From a virus (lineage: Duplodnaviria; Caudoviricetes), in the IMG/VR virus record IMGVR_UViG_3300028833_000109, positions 32,350-96,349 of that record: DNA of 64,000 nucleotides. The stretch is one strand, 5' to 3'. How positions within the stretch are numbered: position 1 is the first letter of the stretch; the number at the start of each line of letters is the position of its first letter. Positions 1 through 9,398 of this stretch are shown piece after piece. The notes under the pieces were generated by a model, which saw only the letters and a list, made by a program, of their open reading frames with translations, did not search any database and was not told where the DNA came from. Made by a program: the position numbers and the translations under genes.

Positions 1-608
1 TTCTTGCGCATGGCGTCGCAGATGCGTTTCCAGTCCTCGGCTGTGACGATGGCGGTTGCCGTGTCGTTGCCTGACTGCAAAAGACTTGCATCGTCCTCGG
101 TCATAACGGCGAGAACACGGGAGTTTGTCGCCGCAAACGTAACCGCTTGCGTCACTTTATCGTACTCGACAAGAACGTGGTTGAGTACAGGGTGTCCGTA
201 ATCGTCTTTCTTTTGCGTGAACTCGGCGAGACGTTTCGCGTCGAACTGCATCGAGAACGATGCGATAATTTCGCGCTCGTCGTTGTCGGGCATCGTGAAC
301 GAATAACCCTTGCCGAATTTCTGCATGATGTCGAGTAGGTTTCTCACGTCGAACGAGCCTTTGAAATTTCCCACCTCGATTTTCTCGATGGGATAATCAT
401 CGGTATCGGCGTACATCTCGAACATGATGCGCAGGAACAGCGGATTGCCGTACCTTGTCTCGGACTTGTTGAGGTCGTTGAAAGTGAGTGTCGGTTTATT
501 TTCCGTTGCTTTGCGCAGTTCCTCGGTGCCTGATGCGGCGTTGAGATACTTGTCGGCGATTTCGCACAGTTTGGCATAGATTGCCTGATTCATTTCCTTG
601 TTGTTCAT
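1..608 (-). CDS. hypothetical early protein (3' end runs off the window)
   Basis: ATG at 608 behind the shared ATTATG spacer motif; frame MNNKEMNQAIYAKLCEIADKY... reads toward position 1; absent from the ORF track, presumably because its stop lies outside the window. Confidence 0.7.
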   Translation of the reverse strand, partial: MNNKEMNQAIYAKLCEIADKYLNAASGTEELRKATENKPTLTFNDLNKSETRYGNPLFLRIMFEMYADTDDYPIEKIEVGNFKGSFDVRNLLDIMQKFGKGYSFTMPDNDEREIIASFSMQFDAKRLAEFTQKKDDYGHPVLNHVLVEYDKVTQAVTFAATNSRVLAVMTEDDASLLQSGNDTATAIVTAEDWKRICDAMRK

Positions 609-683
609 AATTGAATTGGTTTAATTGGTTAATAAAAATTGGTTTGTTCCCATGCGCCCGATTTTGAGCGCATGGGATAGTGA

Positions 684-1136
684 TTAGTAGTGGTAGTCGA
701 GGATGCCGCCGATGTAGAACTTGTCGCCGGGCTTGTAGTTCTCGTAGATGTACTGGCAGAAATAGCCGAAGTCCCAAAATTCCTCGCCGTTCATGCAGAT
801 TTTCACCGCCCATTTCTCGTGGGTTTTCTTCATTAAGTCCTTGAGATTATAGAACGAGAGCCAGTCGCTGAAATCGAGATTGTTTGCCATTTCGACGATT
901 TTCATTTTCCAATCGTCCATAAAACCGCCCATCGGTCTTAGCGTTAATTCCCTGCCCTTGCGGGTGAAGATTTCCAAATCATCGAACCATGCGATGATTC
1001 CTTTTTCCGCTTCCTTTTCGATGTTTTGAATGTAGTCGGCGAAATTGCTGTACTCTTCGGGAATGATGCTTTCCTCGTTGATGTAGTCGGCTCGTTTCTT
1101 TTTCTCGGTGCCGATTTCGATAATTTTTGCGTGCAT
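684..1136 (-). CDS. hypothetical early protein
   Basis: ORF 684..1163; likely start MHAKIIEIG at 1136, after the spacer motif. Confidence 0.75.
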   Translation of the reverse strand: MHAKIIEIGTEKKKRADYINEESIIPEEYSNFADYIQNIEKEAEKGIIAWFDDLEIFTRKGRELTLRPMGGFMDDWKMKIVEMANNLDFSDWLSFYNLKDLMKKTHEKWAVKICMNGEEFWDFGYFCQYIYENYKPGDKFYIGGILDYHY

Positions 1137-1207
1137 AATTGTTGAATTTAATTGGTTTAACAAAGTGAATAGCCAGCGACAACCCGCAAAGGATTGCCGC
1201 CGATAGA

Positions 1208-1486
1208 TTAGTCGTTGAACTCAATGCCCATAAATTCATCATCGTAGCCAATCTTGACTGCGCCAAGTTCAAGGCTGTAGAGTTCTCCAATATCCATTTT
1301 GTACATCTCGCCAGTCGTGTTTTCTGGCCAATGAATGTCACAAACCTGCTTTCCGTTATAGAAACGCAGGAAACCATCATCGTCAAGAAGAAATTCAAGA
1401 TGGCTTTTGCGCATCTTATCAATCAATTCTTCCATTTGCTCGATAAGTGCGTTTTGTTTTTTTGTCGGTTTTAATCTTGAGTCCAT
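1208..1486 (-). CDS. hypothetical early protein
   Basis: 92-aa ORF bounded by hairpin/ATTATG spacers. Confidence 0.7.
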   Translation of the reverse strand: MDSRLKPTKKQNALIEQMEELIDKMRKSHLEFLLDDDGFLRFYNGKQVCDIHWPENTTGEMYKMDIGELYSLELGAVKIGYDDEFMGIEFND

Positions 1487-1558
1487 AATTGTAGAATTAA
1501 TTGGTTAAACTTGTGAAAATTTGCCAGCCAGCGGTTATTATGCCGCCAGCCGAAAAAG

Positions 1559-1903
1559 TCACTTGACAAGTTGCTTGTAATCTTCCTCGTCCAAATCCTC
1601 GTAGTACATCATGCCCATTTGTACGGCGCAGGCTTCCATTGTTTTCCACCAAAGGCCGTCAAGTTCCTCGTTGATGTCCTCGATTTCAAAGTTTGCGTCT
1701 TTCCAGTACTTTAATGTACCTTCGTAGTCAAATTCCCGACCGATTGCATCGGCGAGTTTCTGCATCTGGCTGTCAGACCAGTTGAACGCAATCATAGCAC
1801 ATGGGAGTCCTTCGTAAAGCGAACGCTCGATAGTGTGCCAGCGGCAATTTTCGGGAGTTCCAGGAATGATAAACTCTTTCTCAAGGTCGAATTTCTTGCT
1901 CAT
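1559..1903 (-). CDS. hypothetical early protein
   Basis: 114-aa acidic ORF bounded by spacers. Confidence 0.7.
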   Translation of the reverse strand: MSKKFDLEKEFIIPGTPENCRWHTIERSLYEGLPCAMIAFNWSDSQMQKLADAIGREFDYEGTLKYWKDANFEIEDINEELDGLWWKTMEACAVQMGMMYYEDLDEEDYKQLVK

Positions 1904-1974
1904 AATCTAAAATTTTATTGGTTGATAAAAGTGAAAATTGCCAGCGGACAGGTATTGTCCTGCCCGCCGATAGA

Positions 1975-2205
1975 TTAGCCGAAAAGTTTCAGCAGGTCAT
2001 AAGCGAGGAACCTTTTTGCGCTTTCTTCGCTTTGCCATTCTTTTTTCAGTTCTTCAAGAATGGGCTTGTAGTGCTGGTCGTAGTATGCGAAAAAATTCTG
2101 CCAGTCGGTAAAGCCACCAGGCTTGATGTCGCTGAAGTCGATAAATTCGCGCTCGTTTGTGATAACGGTCGGATTTTCCTCTGCAAGTTGTCTTAAAGTA
2201 GCCAT
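1975..2205 (-). CDS. hypothetical early protein
   Basis: 76-aa ORF, closely following 2218..2481. Confidence 0.65.
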   Translation of the reverse strand: MATLRQLAEENPTVITNEREFIDFSDIKPGGFTDWQNFFAYYDQHYKPILEELKKEWQSEESAKRFLAYDLLKLFG

Positions 2206-2217
2206 TGTCGTAAAGTT

Positions 2218-2481
2218 TTATAGTTCAACAAAAATTCCTTCGGTGATAACCTCGTCGCATGGATCGTCATTGTCAATCACTCGGACTGAAAGATTGTGCC
2301 ACACTGGAACGCCGTTGCTCGGCTCGCCGTAGATGTCGTAAAGAAACCTCTCGTTATCACTGGTGCCTAAATCGCCAATCCAGTAGTCGTAACCGATTTC
2401 GATGATGCCGACAAGTTCGCGCGTGATTGTTTGCCCTTTGTAGGGAAATCGTACTTTTGTGCCGATGTTTGCTCTAATCAT
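2218..2481 (-). CDS. hypothetical early protein
   Basis: 87-aa ORF with ATTATG start. Confidence 0.7.
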   Translation of the reverse strand: MIRANIGTKVRFPYKGQTITRELVGIIEIGYDYWIGDLGTSDNERFLYDIYGEPSNGVPVWHNLSVRVIDNDDPCDEVITEGIFVEL

Positions 2482-2547
2482 AATCGTAAGTTTTTAGTTA
2501 GTAAAGTGAATAGTAAGCGGCAACCGATTGAGATTGCCGCCCAAAAA

Positions 2548-2829
2548 TTAGGACTCCTCGAAATAACATTGCTTGCACCATGTAGGCTTGTTCGCGCCGC
2601 TGCTCTCATAGTAAGCGATGTATCCGCGCATGTCCATAACTCGCTCGCCGTTTTCGTTGATGTGCCACATCATGTTGATTTCAAAATACGCTTCGCTGTC
2701 GCTGTCTTTTTCCTCGACAAGCCAGTAAGAGTAATTTTCATCTTCATAATTGCGGGCGAAATTGTCGGTATCAAGTTCGGTGAAAATTGTCAGTTTTCCG
2801 TTAATCGTTGTTGCGGTTTGTAGTTCCAT
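2548..2829 (-). CDS. hypothetical early protein
   Basis: 93-aa ORF with ATTATG start. Confidence 0.7.
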   Translation of the reverse strand: MELQTATTINGKLTIFTELDTDNFARNYEDENYSYWLVEEKDSDSEAYFEINMMWHINENGERVMDMRGYIAYYESSGANKPTWCKQCYFEES

Positions 2830-2896
2830 AATCTTGAAATTTTAATTGGTTAATAACTCGCGGACTGGCGACTGCAATAGTCGCCCGCCCAAAAAA

Positions 2897-3490
2897 TCAG
2901 TCCTCGAAATCGAGATTCACGCCAGCTTTCTCGCCGCACTGCAACAGGAAATTTTCATCGTGACGCTCGACCTGAATGTCGTAGCCGATGTCACAATAAC
3001 GCTTCGTGAAGTAGGGAAGTTCGGTTTTTGCTGTTTCTTCGCTGAACGAATAGCCGTAACAGCGATACGCGCCCTTGCCAAAACGCCCGATGATGAAATA
3101 CACCGCATCGTTTTTGTCGGGATCATAGTCGCGCAGGTTTTCCCAGTTGTCAACGATTTGACGACCGAGACATGCGATTTTCTCACCATCGGCAATTTCC
3201 TCGCTGATAAGTTTGCGGCCGTAAAATTTCGTGTCGCAATACTTCGTCGGCTTGTTGAGCGGATTGAGAGCGAGAACAGGATAACTGCCGCTTCGCAAAA
3301 CGGAATTGCCGTACTTTGCCATTTTTTCGACTTCTTCTTTGAAGTAGTCGGGCGTGTTGTCCTGATAGTAGGTAATTTCGCGCGTCGGCTGAATGTGTGC
3401 CTGGAAATCTGGTTCAGGTTTGCGACCGCACTCAGTCCAAACACACAGCCCGTTGCCACGATAACCGAAATAGATTTTTTGCTTTTCCAT
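2897..3490 (-). CDS. hypothetical early protein
   Basis: 197-aa ORF with ATTATG start. Confidence 0.75.
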   Translation of the reverse strand: MEKQKIYFGYRGNGLCVWTECGRKPEPDFQAHIQPTREITYYQDNTPDYFKEEVEKMAKYGNSVLRSGSYPVLALNPLNKPTKYCDTKFYGRKLISEEIADGEKIACLGRQIVDNWENLRDYDPDKNDAVYFIIGRFGKGAYRCYGYSFSEETAKTELPYFTKRYCDIGYDIQVERHDENFLLQCGEKAGVNLDFED

Positions 3491-3563
3491 AATTCTGAAT
3501 TTTATTAGTTAAACTTGTGTGAATAGCGCCACAATCCAGAGTTTTCCAGATTGCAGCAATAGG

Positions 3564-4046
3564 TCAGGCGATTTTCCGTACTGATTCAATCAGCTTGTCC
3601 ATTTTGGGGACGTTGAAACGATTTTCCCAAAACGTCTCGCGGAACGGCGCGGGTAGGATTTTCTGAATGATGAAATTCACCAGTTCAACCCACGTTTTGC
3701 TGGATTTTGTTGACCAGTCCTTGACGTAATAGCCGCGCTCGTCGGTGATTTTCTCGGCGAGAAGAATCGGTTTCGTGAGTTCATAAACTCGCTCGTTATC
3801 TTCATCGGACAACAGGAACATTTCTTTTTCATCGGTGATCCTGTCGCCGACTTTGATGCCGATGCGCTCGTAAGCATCTTCAGCGAAAAACTCGTTTTCA
3901 CGCAAAACGCGGTTATAGACTTCATTAACCTGCTGGTCTTGCAACTTGCGGCCAGCCTCGGCCTCGTCGTAGGTCGCTAACAGTTCCCTCAGTTTTTCGA
4001 CGTTCTCCGTGCGGTTGCGAATCAATTCATTTAATAATTTTTCCAT
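3564..4046 (-). CDS. hypothetical early protein
   Basis: 160-aa helical ORF with ATTATG start. Confidence 0.75.
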   Translation of the reverse strand: MEKLLNELIRNRTENVEKLRELLATYDEAEAGRKLQDQQVNEVYNRVLRENEFFAEDAYERIGIKVGDRITDEKEMFLLSDEDNERVYELTKPILLAEKITDERGYYVKDWSTKSSKTWVELVNFIIQKILPAPFRETFWENRFNVPKMDKLIESVRKIA

Positions 4047-4118
4047 AATTGCAAAATTTTATTGGTTAAACAAAAGTTAGTGACCAGCGGGATATTGTTC
4101 CCGCCGGCCTCGTGAGAG

Positions 4119-5018
4119 TTAAACGCCCATAGGATTGTCGCAATACTTGATGTATTCCTCGCGTTCGCGCTTGTATTCCTCAGAGTTGAAATCTACAGGC
4201 TTGTAAATTCCATCGCTGATGTTGGGCGACCATGTGACGATTTCGTTTTGCTCGTTTACGACAAAACCATCGACGATTTTGCCGTTGAAAAGCACCTTAA
4301 TCGGTTTTCCGTTCTTGGGCGCATCTTCTTCGCGTGTGTAACACTTGTGTACAATCTTCTGGTAACTCGCGTCTTTGAGCTCGTTAAACGTGTGGGTTTC
4401 GTAACCGACGTATTTCGCCCAGGCTTTGAAAGCCTTCTCGGATTTGAAACTCATGGCGTTAAAACCATAATCGCCAGTGTTCTCGATCCATACAGCGTAA
4501 CGCGGTGGCTCGCCGTTGCTTCTCGGCAACTCGTCAGAGCGATAAACGAACGAGCGAGTAACCTTGTCGGTGTCGTAGGGAATAATCCATTTGCGGACTT
4601 TCAGCGGGAAATAAATTCCCTGGTGAGCGCCCGCGCCGTGACAGCCCCAAGTCCACACGACGTTGAAATCTTCGCCAGCGGGTTGAAGTTCCGAAGCGTC
4701 TTTGCTGACGAACGCACCGCCAGAGGTGGAAAAATATTTTCCATCGGTGTGCGATGTGCCAGCTTCGCAGATGCAAAGTTTTCCGTTGTGGTACATGTTC
4801 TCGACGATTTTTCCATGCTTGTAAACATGGAAGCCATCGGAAAACTCAACGATGTCGCCGATTTTCGGCCCGTTGATGTGTCCGTATGTCTCGTTGTAGG
4901 TTTTCTCGACCTTGAGCGCGATGTCGTAACAGCGTTGCATTTCTTTCTCGTGATAATCGGGAAATTGATAACTACCAAAAGCTGCGTTTCTCTGCTTGAA
5001 ATTCTCAAAAGTTTCCAT
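4119..5018 (-). CDS. DUF4121-like protein
   Basis: 299 aa; P-x-x-GD, STSGGAF and W-x-WG-x-x-GA-x-x-x-x-G-x-x-F-x-x-x-V-x-x-W motifs recalled from Bacteroidales DUF4121 proteins. Confidence 0.55.
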   Translation of the reverse strand: METFENFKQRNAAFGSYQFPDYHEKEMQRCYDIALKVEKTYNETYGHINGPKIGDIVEFSDGFHVYKHGKIVENMYHNGKLCICEAGTSHTDGKYFSTSGGAFVSKDASELQPAGEDFNVVWTWGCHGAGAHQGIYFPLKVRKWIIPYDTDKVTRSFVYRSDELPRSNGEPPRYAVWIENTGDYGFNAMSFKSEKAFKAWAKYVGYETHTFNELKDASYQKIVHKCYTREEDAPKNGKPIKVLFNGKIVDGFVVNEQNEIVTWSPNISDGIYKPVDFNSEEYKREREEYIKYCDNPMGV

Positions 5019-5088
5019 AATATTGAAAATTATTGGTTAATAAAGTGAGTAAGCGAAACAGGCGGGATTTCTCGCCGCCTGAATCATG

Positions 5089-5592
5089 TTAGCCCCATTT
5101 TGCCGCGCTGTATTCGGCATCGTAACTGACGATGTGGGAAAGAAGTACAAAAATCATTTCGTGCAGGATTTTGTGAAATTTCTCGTACTGTTCTTTTCTC
5201 GGCCATGTGTTGTAAAATTCTGGCCGCATCCAGCCTTTTGCGTCGGTGTTGTACTCGATGCACTGCAAAGTTTTCACAAGCTGGCAAATTCCGATGCACT
5301 TTTGTTTCGTGATGTCGATAGCGTGAAGCGCACAGCCCCAGTCGATAGGCTCGAAATCGGTGAACTCTCCGCGATGATACGCCACAGCGTTGAAAATCCA
5401 TGCGAGGTGAACAAATTCGTTTGCTTTTTCTCTCACGTTTTTTTCATCGTGTTTGTAGTAACCTGTCGGTCCCATGAAAGATTCGCAGAACCACAGCGGC
5501 GTTTCTTTTGTGTGTTCACGCCAGAAAGTTGCGCTGCACATTGTTTCGCGTACTTGTGCGAGAGTGTCGATTGATAACGGAAGTGTACTCAT
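5089..5592 (-). CDS. hypothetical early protein
   Basis: 167-aa ORF with ATTATG start. Confidence 0.7.
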   Translation of the reverse strand: MSTLPLSIDTLAQVRETMCSATFWREHTKETPLWFCESFMGPTGYYKHDEKNVREKANEFVHLAWIFNAVAYHRGEFTDFEPIDWGCALHAIDITKQKCIGICQLVKTLQCIEYNTDAKGWMRPEFYNTWPRKEQYEKFHKILHEMIFVLLSHIVSYDAEYSAAKWG

Positions 5593-5660
5593 AATCGTAG
5601 AATTTAATTGGTTAAATACTCAGCCGACCGACGCGCGGCAAAGCGCACCAGCCGATAGGG

Positions 5661-6245
5661 TCATTCGCCAAGAATGTAGTCAGCGAAATTGTTCGGGCGC
5701 ATCAAATCGTCGTTCCAATCCACTGTGTCGGCAAAATCCTCAAGCACGCTGCTGGCCTCAATCCTTGTGATACCGAGGTCGTTCTCATAATCCGAGAGAT
5801 AGATAGAACCGATGCCGCACTGATTGAACAGCCTGCAAAGTTCCTCGCGGTCGAGGTCGTAAACGTCGCGGTATTCTTGCACATCATCATCGTAGCGCAC
5901 CATGAAGTCGTCGCAGTCTTGCAGTACAACCCTGCCGAGTTCATCGTTTTTGCCGATGCACTTGTAAAGCTGTCCGCAGTAAACGACATCCTTATCGCAC
6001 GGCTCGATGGGGAACAAGTCCTCCAGCCTGATTTGGCTCTCGCCGTGAATATTCTCGACGATTTCAACACGGCACCACTCGCAATATTGTTCAGGTGTCG
6101 GGTCTGGCGAACCGTCGGTGTAATACGGGCGATATTCGCTGATTGTCACGACCTGCGGATCAACGTCAAGGTTGTTGTCCCACTCAAAACTCATGGGGTA
6201 GAAGATAACCTTGTTTCCAGGTTTGATAAAATCTTTGTAGTCCAT
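5661..6245 (-). CDS. hypothetical early protein
   Basis: ORF 5661..6326; likely start MDYKDFIKPG at 6245, after the spacer. Confidence 0.7.
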   Translation of the reverse strand: MDYKDFIKPGNKVIFYPMSFEWDNNLDVDPQVVTISEYRPYYTDGSPDPTPEQYCEWCRVEIVENIHGESQIRLEDLFPIEPCDKDVVYCGQLYKCIGKNDELGRVVLQDCDDFMVRYDDDVQEYRDVYDLDREELCRLFNQCGIGSIYLSDYENDLGITRIEASSVLEDFADTVDWNDDLMRPNNFADYILGE

Positions 6246-6322
6246 AATCAAATCAAATTTAGTGGTTAATAACTTGGTGAGCGAGCGACCGCAACAGCCG
6301 CCCGCCCTGAGTAAAGCAAAAA

Positions 6323-6667
6323 TCAATTTTCGTACTTTGGAAACTCAGCGAGGAATCCATCGACCTTCAGGTCGTGCAGTTCATCGTCGGTCAAATCTTC
6401 TTTGCGCTTGTAATACATAAGCACTTCGGGATTTTTCGTACTGAACACAGGATAAAAACCAAGTTCCGAAAAACTTTGCGCGAAACATTCAAGACCGAAG
6501 CGCAGGTAAATTCCGTACTGGTGGTCTTGTTGGTCGGTTATTGGTCCCCAGTTCCAATTTGATGAATGGTCAGAGGGTGACAAACCGCCGAAATATTTTT
6601 CCTTTAATGCGTAGAGCGCAATATTTTTCAGTTCCAAATCCGTGTAATAACTTTTTTTCTTTGCCAT
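6323..6667 (-). CDS. hypothetical early protein
   Basis: 114-aa ORF with ATTATG start. Confidence 0.7.
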   Translation of the reverse strand: MAKKKSYYTDLELKNIALYALKEKYFGGLSPSDHSSNWNWGPITDQQDHQYGIYLRFGLECFAQSFSELGFYPVFSTKNPEVLMYYKRKEDLTDDELHDLKVDGFLAEFPKYEN

Positions 6668-6731
6668 AATCGTGAATTTTTAAAAGTGAATAATCGTACT
6701 CCCGCCAGCCGCACGGCCAGCGAGAACAATT

Positions 6732-7262
6732 TTAGGCGACAATAGCGCAGGGCTTGTAATACTTGTTGTTTTCCTCGTCGAGCAAATACTCGCTGAGATT
6801 GTAGAAAAACGGCTCGATGTAGCCCACAACTTCAGCGTCGTTAAAATCTTCGCTGTAAATTTTGTAGCAAACATTCTCGGTGTAGTTTACAATCATCACG
6901 AGTTCCTGCTGGTAGAACATTTCGACCAGCCTTTTTGCGTGATACTCGAAAAGATTTGAGCAACGGTCGCGCAATTTCTTGCACATAGCGAGAAGTTTTT
7001 CAAGTTCAGGCGTTGAGCCGAAACTGTAAACGGATTTGTCGATACCATCAATAATTCCATCGTAATCTTTTACGCGGATAAAATTGTGGTTATAGAATCC
7101 GAGGCTCCAGTCGGACAAATACGGCGTGATGCAGTGTAATTTATCCGTGAGCCAGTCCATTTCGCAGTCCTGAACGTAATTGTCAAATTTCTCGCGCAGT
7201 TTTTTGTCGCGCTTGAGCAATTCGATTTGCTTTTCTACTGTGAGTTCTGAAAACTTTTTCAT
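6732..7262 (-). CDS. hypothetical early protein
   Basis: 176-aa ORF with ATTATG start. Confidence 0.75.
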   Translation of the reverse strand: MKKFSELTVEKQIELLKRDKKLREKFDNYVQDCEMDWLTDKLHCITPYLSDWSLGFYNHNFIRVKDYDGIIDGIDKSVYSFGSTPELEKLLAMCKKLRDRCSNLFEYHAKRLVEMFYQQELVMIVNYTENVCYKIYSEDFNDAEVVGYIEPFFYNLSEYLLDEENNKYYKPCAIVA

Positions 7263-7332
7263 AATTGATAAAATTTATTGGTTAATAACTTGGTGAGCGC
7301 GGCAATTATCGTACTGTCGCGCCCAAATTTCA

Positions 7333-7617
7333 TCATCTGCCGATGCTCACAATCTTTGCGCTTGTTGTCACGTTCACGCGCAAAATCGTGTCGTAAACTT
7401 CATCGCCGCCGGTCACTTCAATTTCTTTGCAAAAATCATAGTGCGCTGCCGTGAACACGCCAAATTTTATGTACGGCAAATCATGATACAAACCGCGGAA
7501 ATACGCGGCTTTTTTCTCGCACTCGTGACGTGAGCCACTGCAAACTGATACGGCGTACTTTTCTTCGTCGTGAAACTTCACAACGACGAATTTTTCTTTG
7601 CTTGAAAAGTCAATCAT
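7333..7617 (-). CDS. hypothetical early protein
   Basis: 94-aa ORF. Confidence 0.65.
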   Translation of the reverse strand: MIDFSSKEKFVVVKFHDEEKYAVSVCSGSRHECEKKAAYFRGLYHDLPYIKFGVFTAAHYDFCKEIEVTGGDEVYDTILRVNVTTSAKIVSIGR

Positions 7618-7642
7618 AACTGAAAAAATTTATTAGTGAAAT

Positions 7643-7731
7643 AATTATCGTACTGTCGGCCAGTGGAACACACCAGCCGACAATTTTCGTACTCTCGGAC
7701 AATTATCGTACTACTCAATAATTATCGTACT
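7643..7731 (+). repeat. cluster of AATT(A/T)TCGTACT direct repeats
   Basis: 12-mer at 7643, 7682, 7701 and 7720 (spacings 39, 19, 19); further copies at 7304 and 6325. Confidence 0.85.
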
Positions 7732-7957
7732 ACATGCCCCAGGTAGCGAGATTATTCTGCAAGCCAGACTTTTCAACCTGCCACTGCAAAAAATCATTCT
7801 CGCGTTTCAGTTCCTCGACCTGGTTTAACGCGGCGTTTCTCTCCATGCACACGCGGCTGTAGCCATCGCAAGCGCACAAATAGAGACACACAAGCGTGAA
7901 ACAAGCGATAGCGAGAATCACGCACAAAACACTCAGGGAATAGACAATCTTTTTCAT
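7730..7957 (-). CDS. small membrane-anchored coiled-coil protein
   Basis: N-terminal hydrophobic Cys-containing helix, then a heptad-like segment. Confidence 0.6.
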   Translation of the reverse strand: MKKIVYSLSVLCVILAIACFTLVCLYLCACDGYSRVCMERNAALNQVEELKRENDFLQWQVEKSGLQNNLATWGM

Positions 7958-8001
7958 AGTCGTATCATTTTTTGGTTAATAGCTTTGCGCTTCACAGCGG
8001 G

Positions 8002-8385
8002 TCAAACCGCTGCAAAGTAAAATTTGCGGCACTCAGCCCAATCAATACCGTATTGCGCCAGAGTGTTTTTGTCGATCCGAAAATTTTGCATCGCGTTTCT
8101 CAGGTGTGACCACCAGTTTTCGCGCTTTTGCAGAAAAATATCGGATTTTTTGTTCTTTATATCTTGAAGCTCAAGATATTTGGCGCGGGAAACCCGCAGC
8201 ACTCTGGCCACGGGCTCCATTTCGTCGAGTTCCTCTAAAAAAGTTTTCTTTTCCTTTTTTATCGGCTCGTCGTCGCACCACAAATTTTGCATCGCGCTAA
8301 ATTGTTCGGGCGTGAGACGTTGAATGTCGTAACCCTGGGCATTTGCGAGCGCGAGCACCATTAATTTGCGAGAATAACCGTTCAT
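8002..8385 (-). CDS. hypothetical early protein
   Basis: 127-aa ORF; ATGA overlap with the upstream small ORF. Confidence 0.65.
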   Translation of the reverse strand: MNGYSRKLMVLALANAQGYDIQRLTPEQFSAMQNLWCDDEPIKKEKKTFLEELDEMEPVARVLRVSRAKYLELQDIKNKKSDIFLQKRENWWSHLRNAMQNFRIDKNTLAQYGIDWAECRKFYFAAV

Positions 8386-8543
8386 GCCGTTACAGGTTTT
8401 ACGCCGATAGTCTTGAATCTCACGCCGCCGATTTTATTTCCCGCGGCTGCAAGTTTCGCTAACTTCCTGGCGATTGTTCCTAACTTTTCGGCTGTTTCCT
8501 CGCGTTGTTCACCGTTAACGGTGTAAATGAATGTGTTCTGCAT
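8382..8543 (-). CDS. small basic protein (53 aa), first gene of the leftward array
   Basis: MQNTFIYTVNGEQREETAEKLG...; has the shared spacer motif and an ATGA overlap with the next gene; below the ORF-track cutoff. Confidence 0.6.
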   Translation of the reverse strand: MQNTFIYTVNGEQREETAEKLGTIARKLAKLAAAGNKIGGVRFKTIGVKPVTA

Positions 8544-9398
8544 AACTTAATTGATTTTATTGGTTAATAAAAAGTTTGTGAACGGTGTGGATATTGCGCC
8601 ACACCGCCCAGGAATTTGTGCGTATCATGAATTAAATCTAAGAAATTCACTAACCAAAAAATTCAATTATGGTACGGGCTGTCAAGCGGAAAATTTTCCA
8701 CCGAAATAAATCGGGTAATCTTTTTTCACGCTTTCAGGCGCTGGCTTCCTTATCACGCAGCGCCCGCAAAATTCTGTCGTCGCTCGGACTGTCAAACGGC
8801 GTCACCCTTTGGCGATCCCGATAACACGTTATCACGGTCGCCTGGGCTGTCTCACACGGAAATTTATCGACACGTCGAAATTTTTCCGTTTAACCGGCCT
8901 CGGTTTTAACTCGGTTTTACCGTTTGAATTTCCGTTAAGTTCTTCATCAAAAAATCTCGACTGAAAAACAGTCGAAAAATTTCGATGAAAAACAAGCTGC
9001 AATTTATTGCGGCCCGGCCTGCAAATTGCCCCAAGCCCTGGGGCCTGGGTACATGTGGACTAATAGACCACATCAAAGATCGCATTTAATACCATGGGCG
9101 CGGCTTGCATCGCTAGCAAGCTGTCAAGTCGTGAAACTGTCAAGTTAGACAGGATCACAAGCCAGACAACCGGCCCCGCGTCGCTTTAACCGCGTCGAGG
9201 GTATTATATTTGCCCCTGGGCCACATCATAACCCGCTGTTAGGATATTGCACCCGCGGCGGGTAATAATGTTATCCAGATAGACCAAACAGGCAGCACAC
9301 GACACACACGACACACACGACCGGCCCCGCGTCGATGAGAAGCGAGACAGGCCCCAGGCCGTTATATTTCGGTGTACCTGAATAGTCCAGCAGGGACC

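Noticed and set aside
609-8610. Classical integron with attC sites
   Set aside because: No IntI gene, and no conserved RYYYAAC/GTTRRRY ends seen on the hairpins; kept only as an analogy
609-8610. N4-like template-strand hairpin promoters
   Set aside because: Wobble polarity favours folding of the coding strand, and no virion RNA polymerase is present in the window
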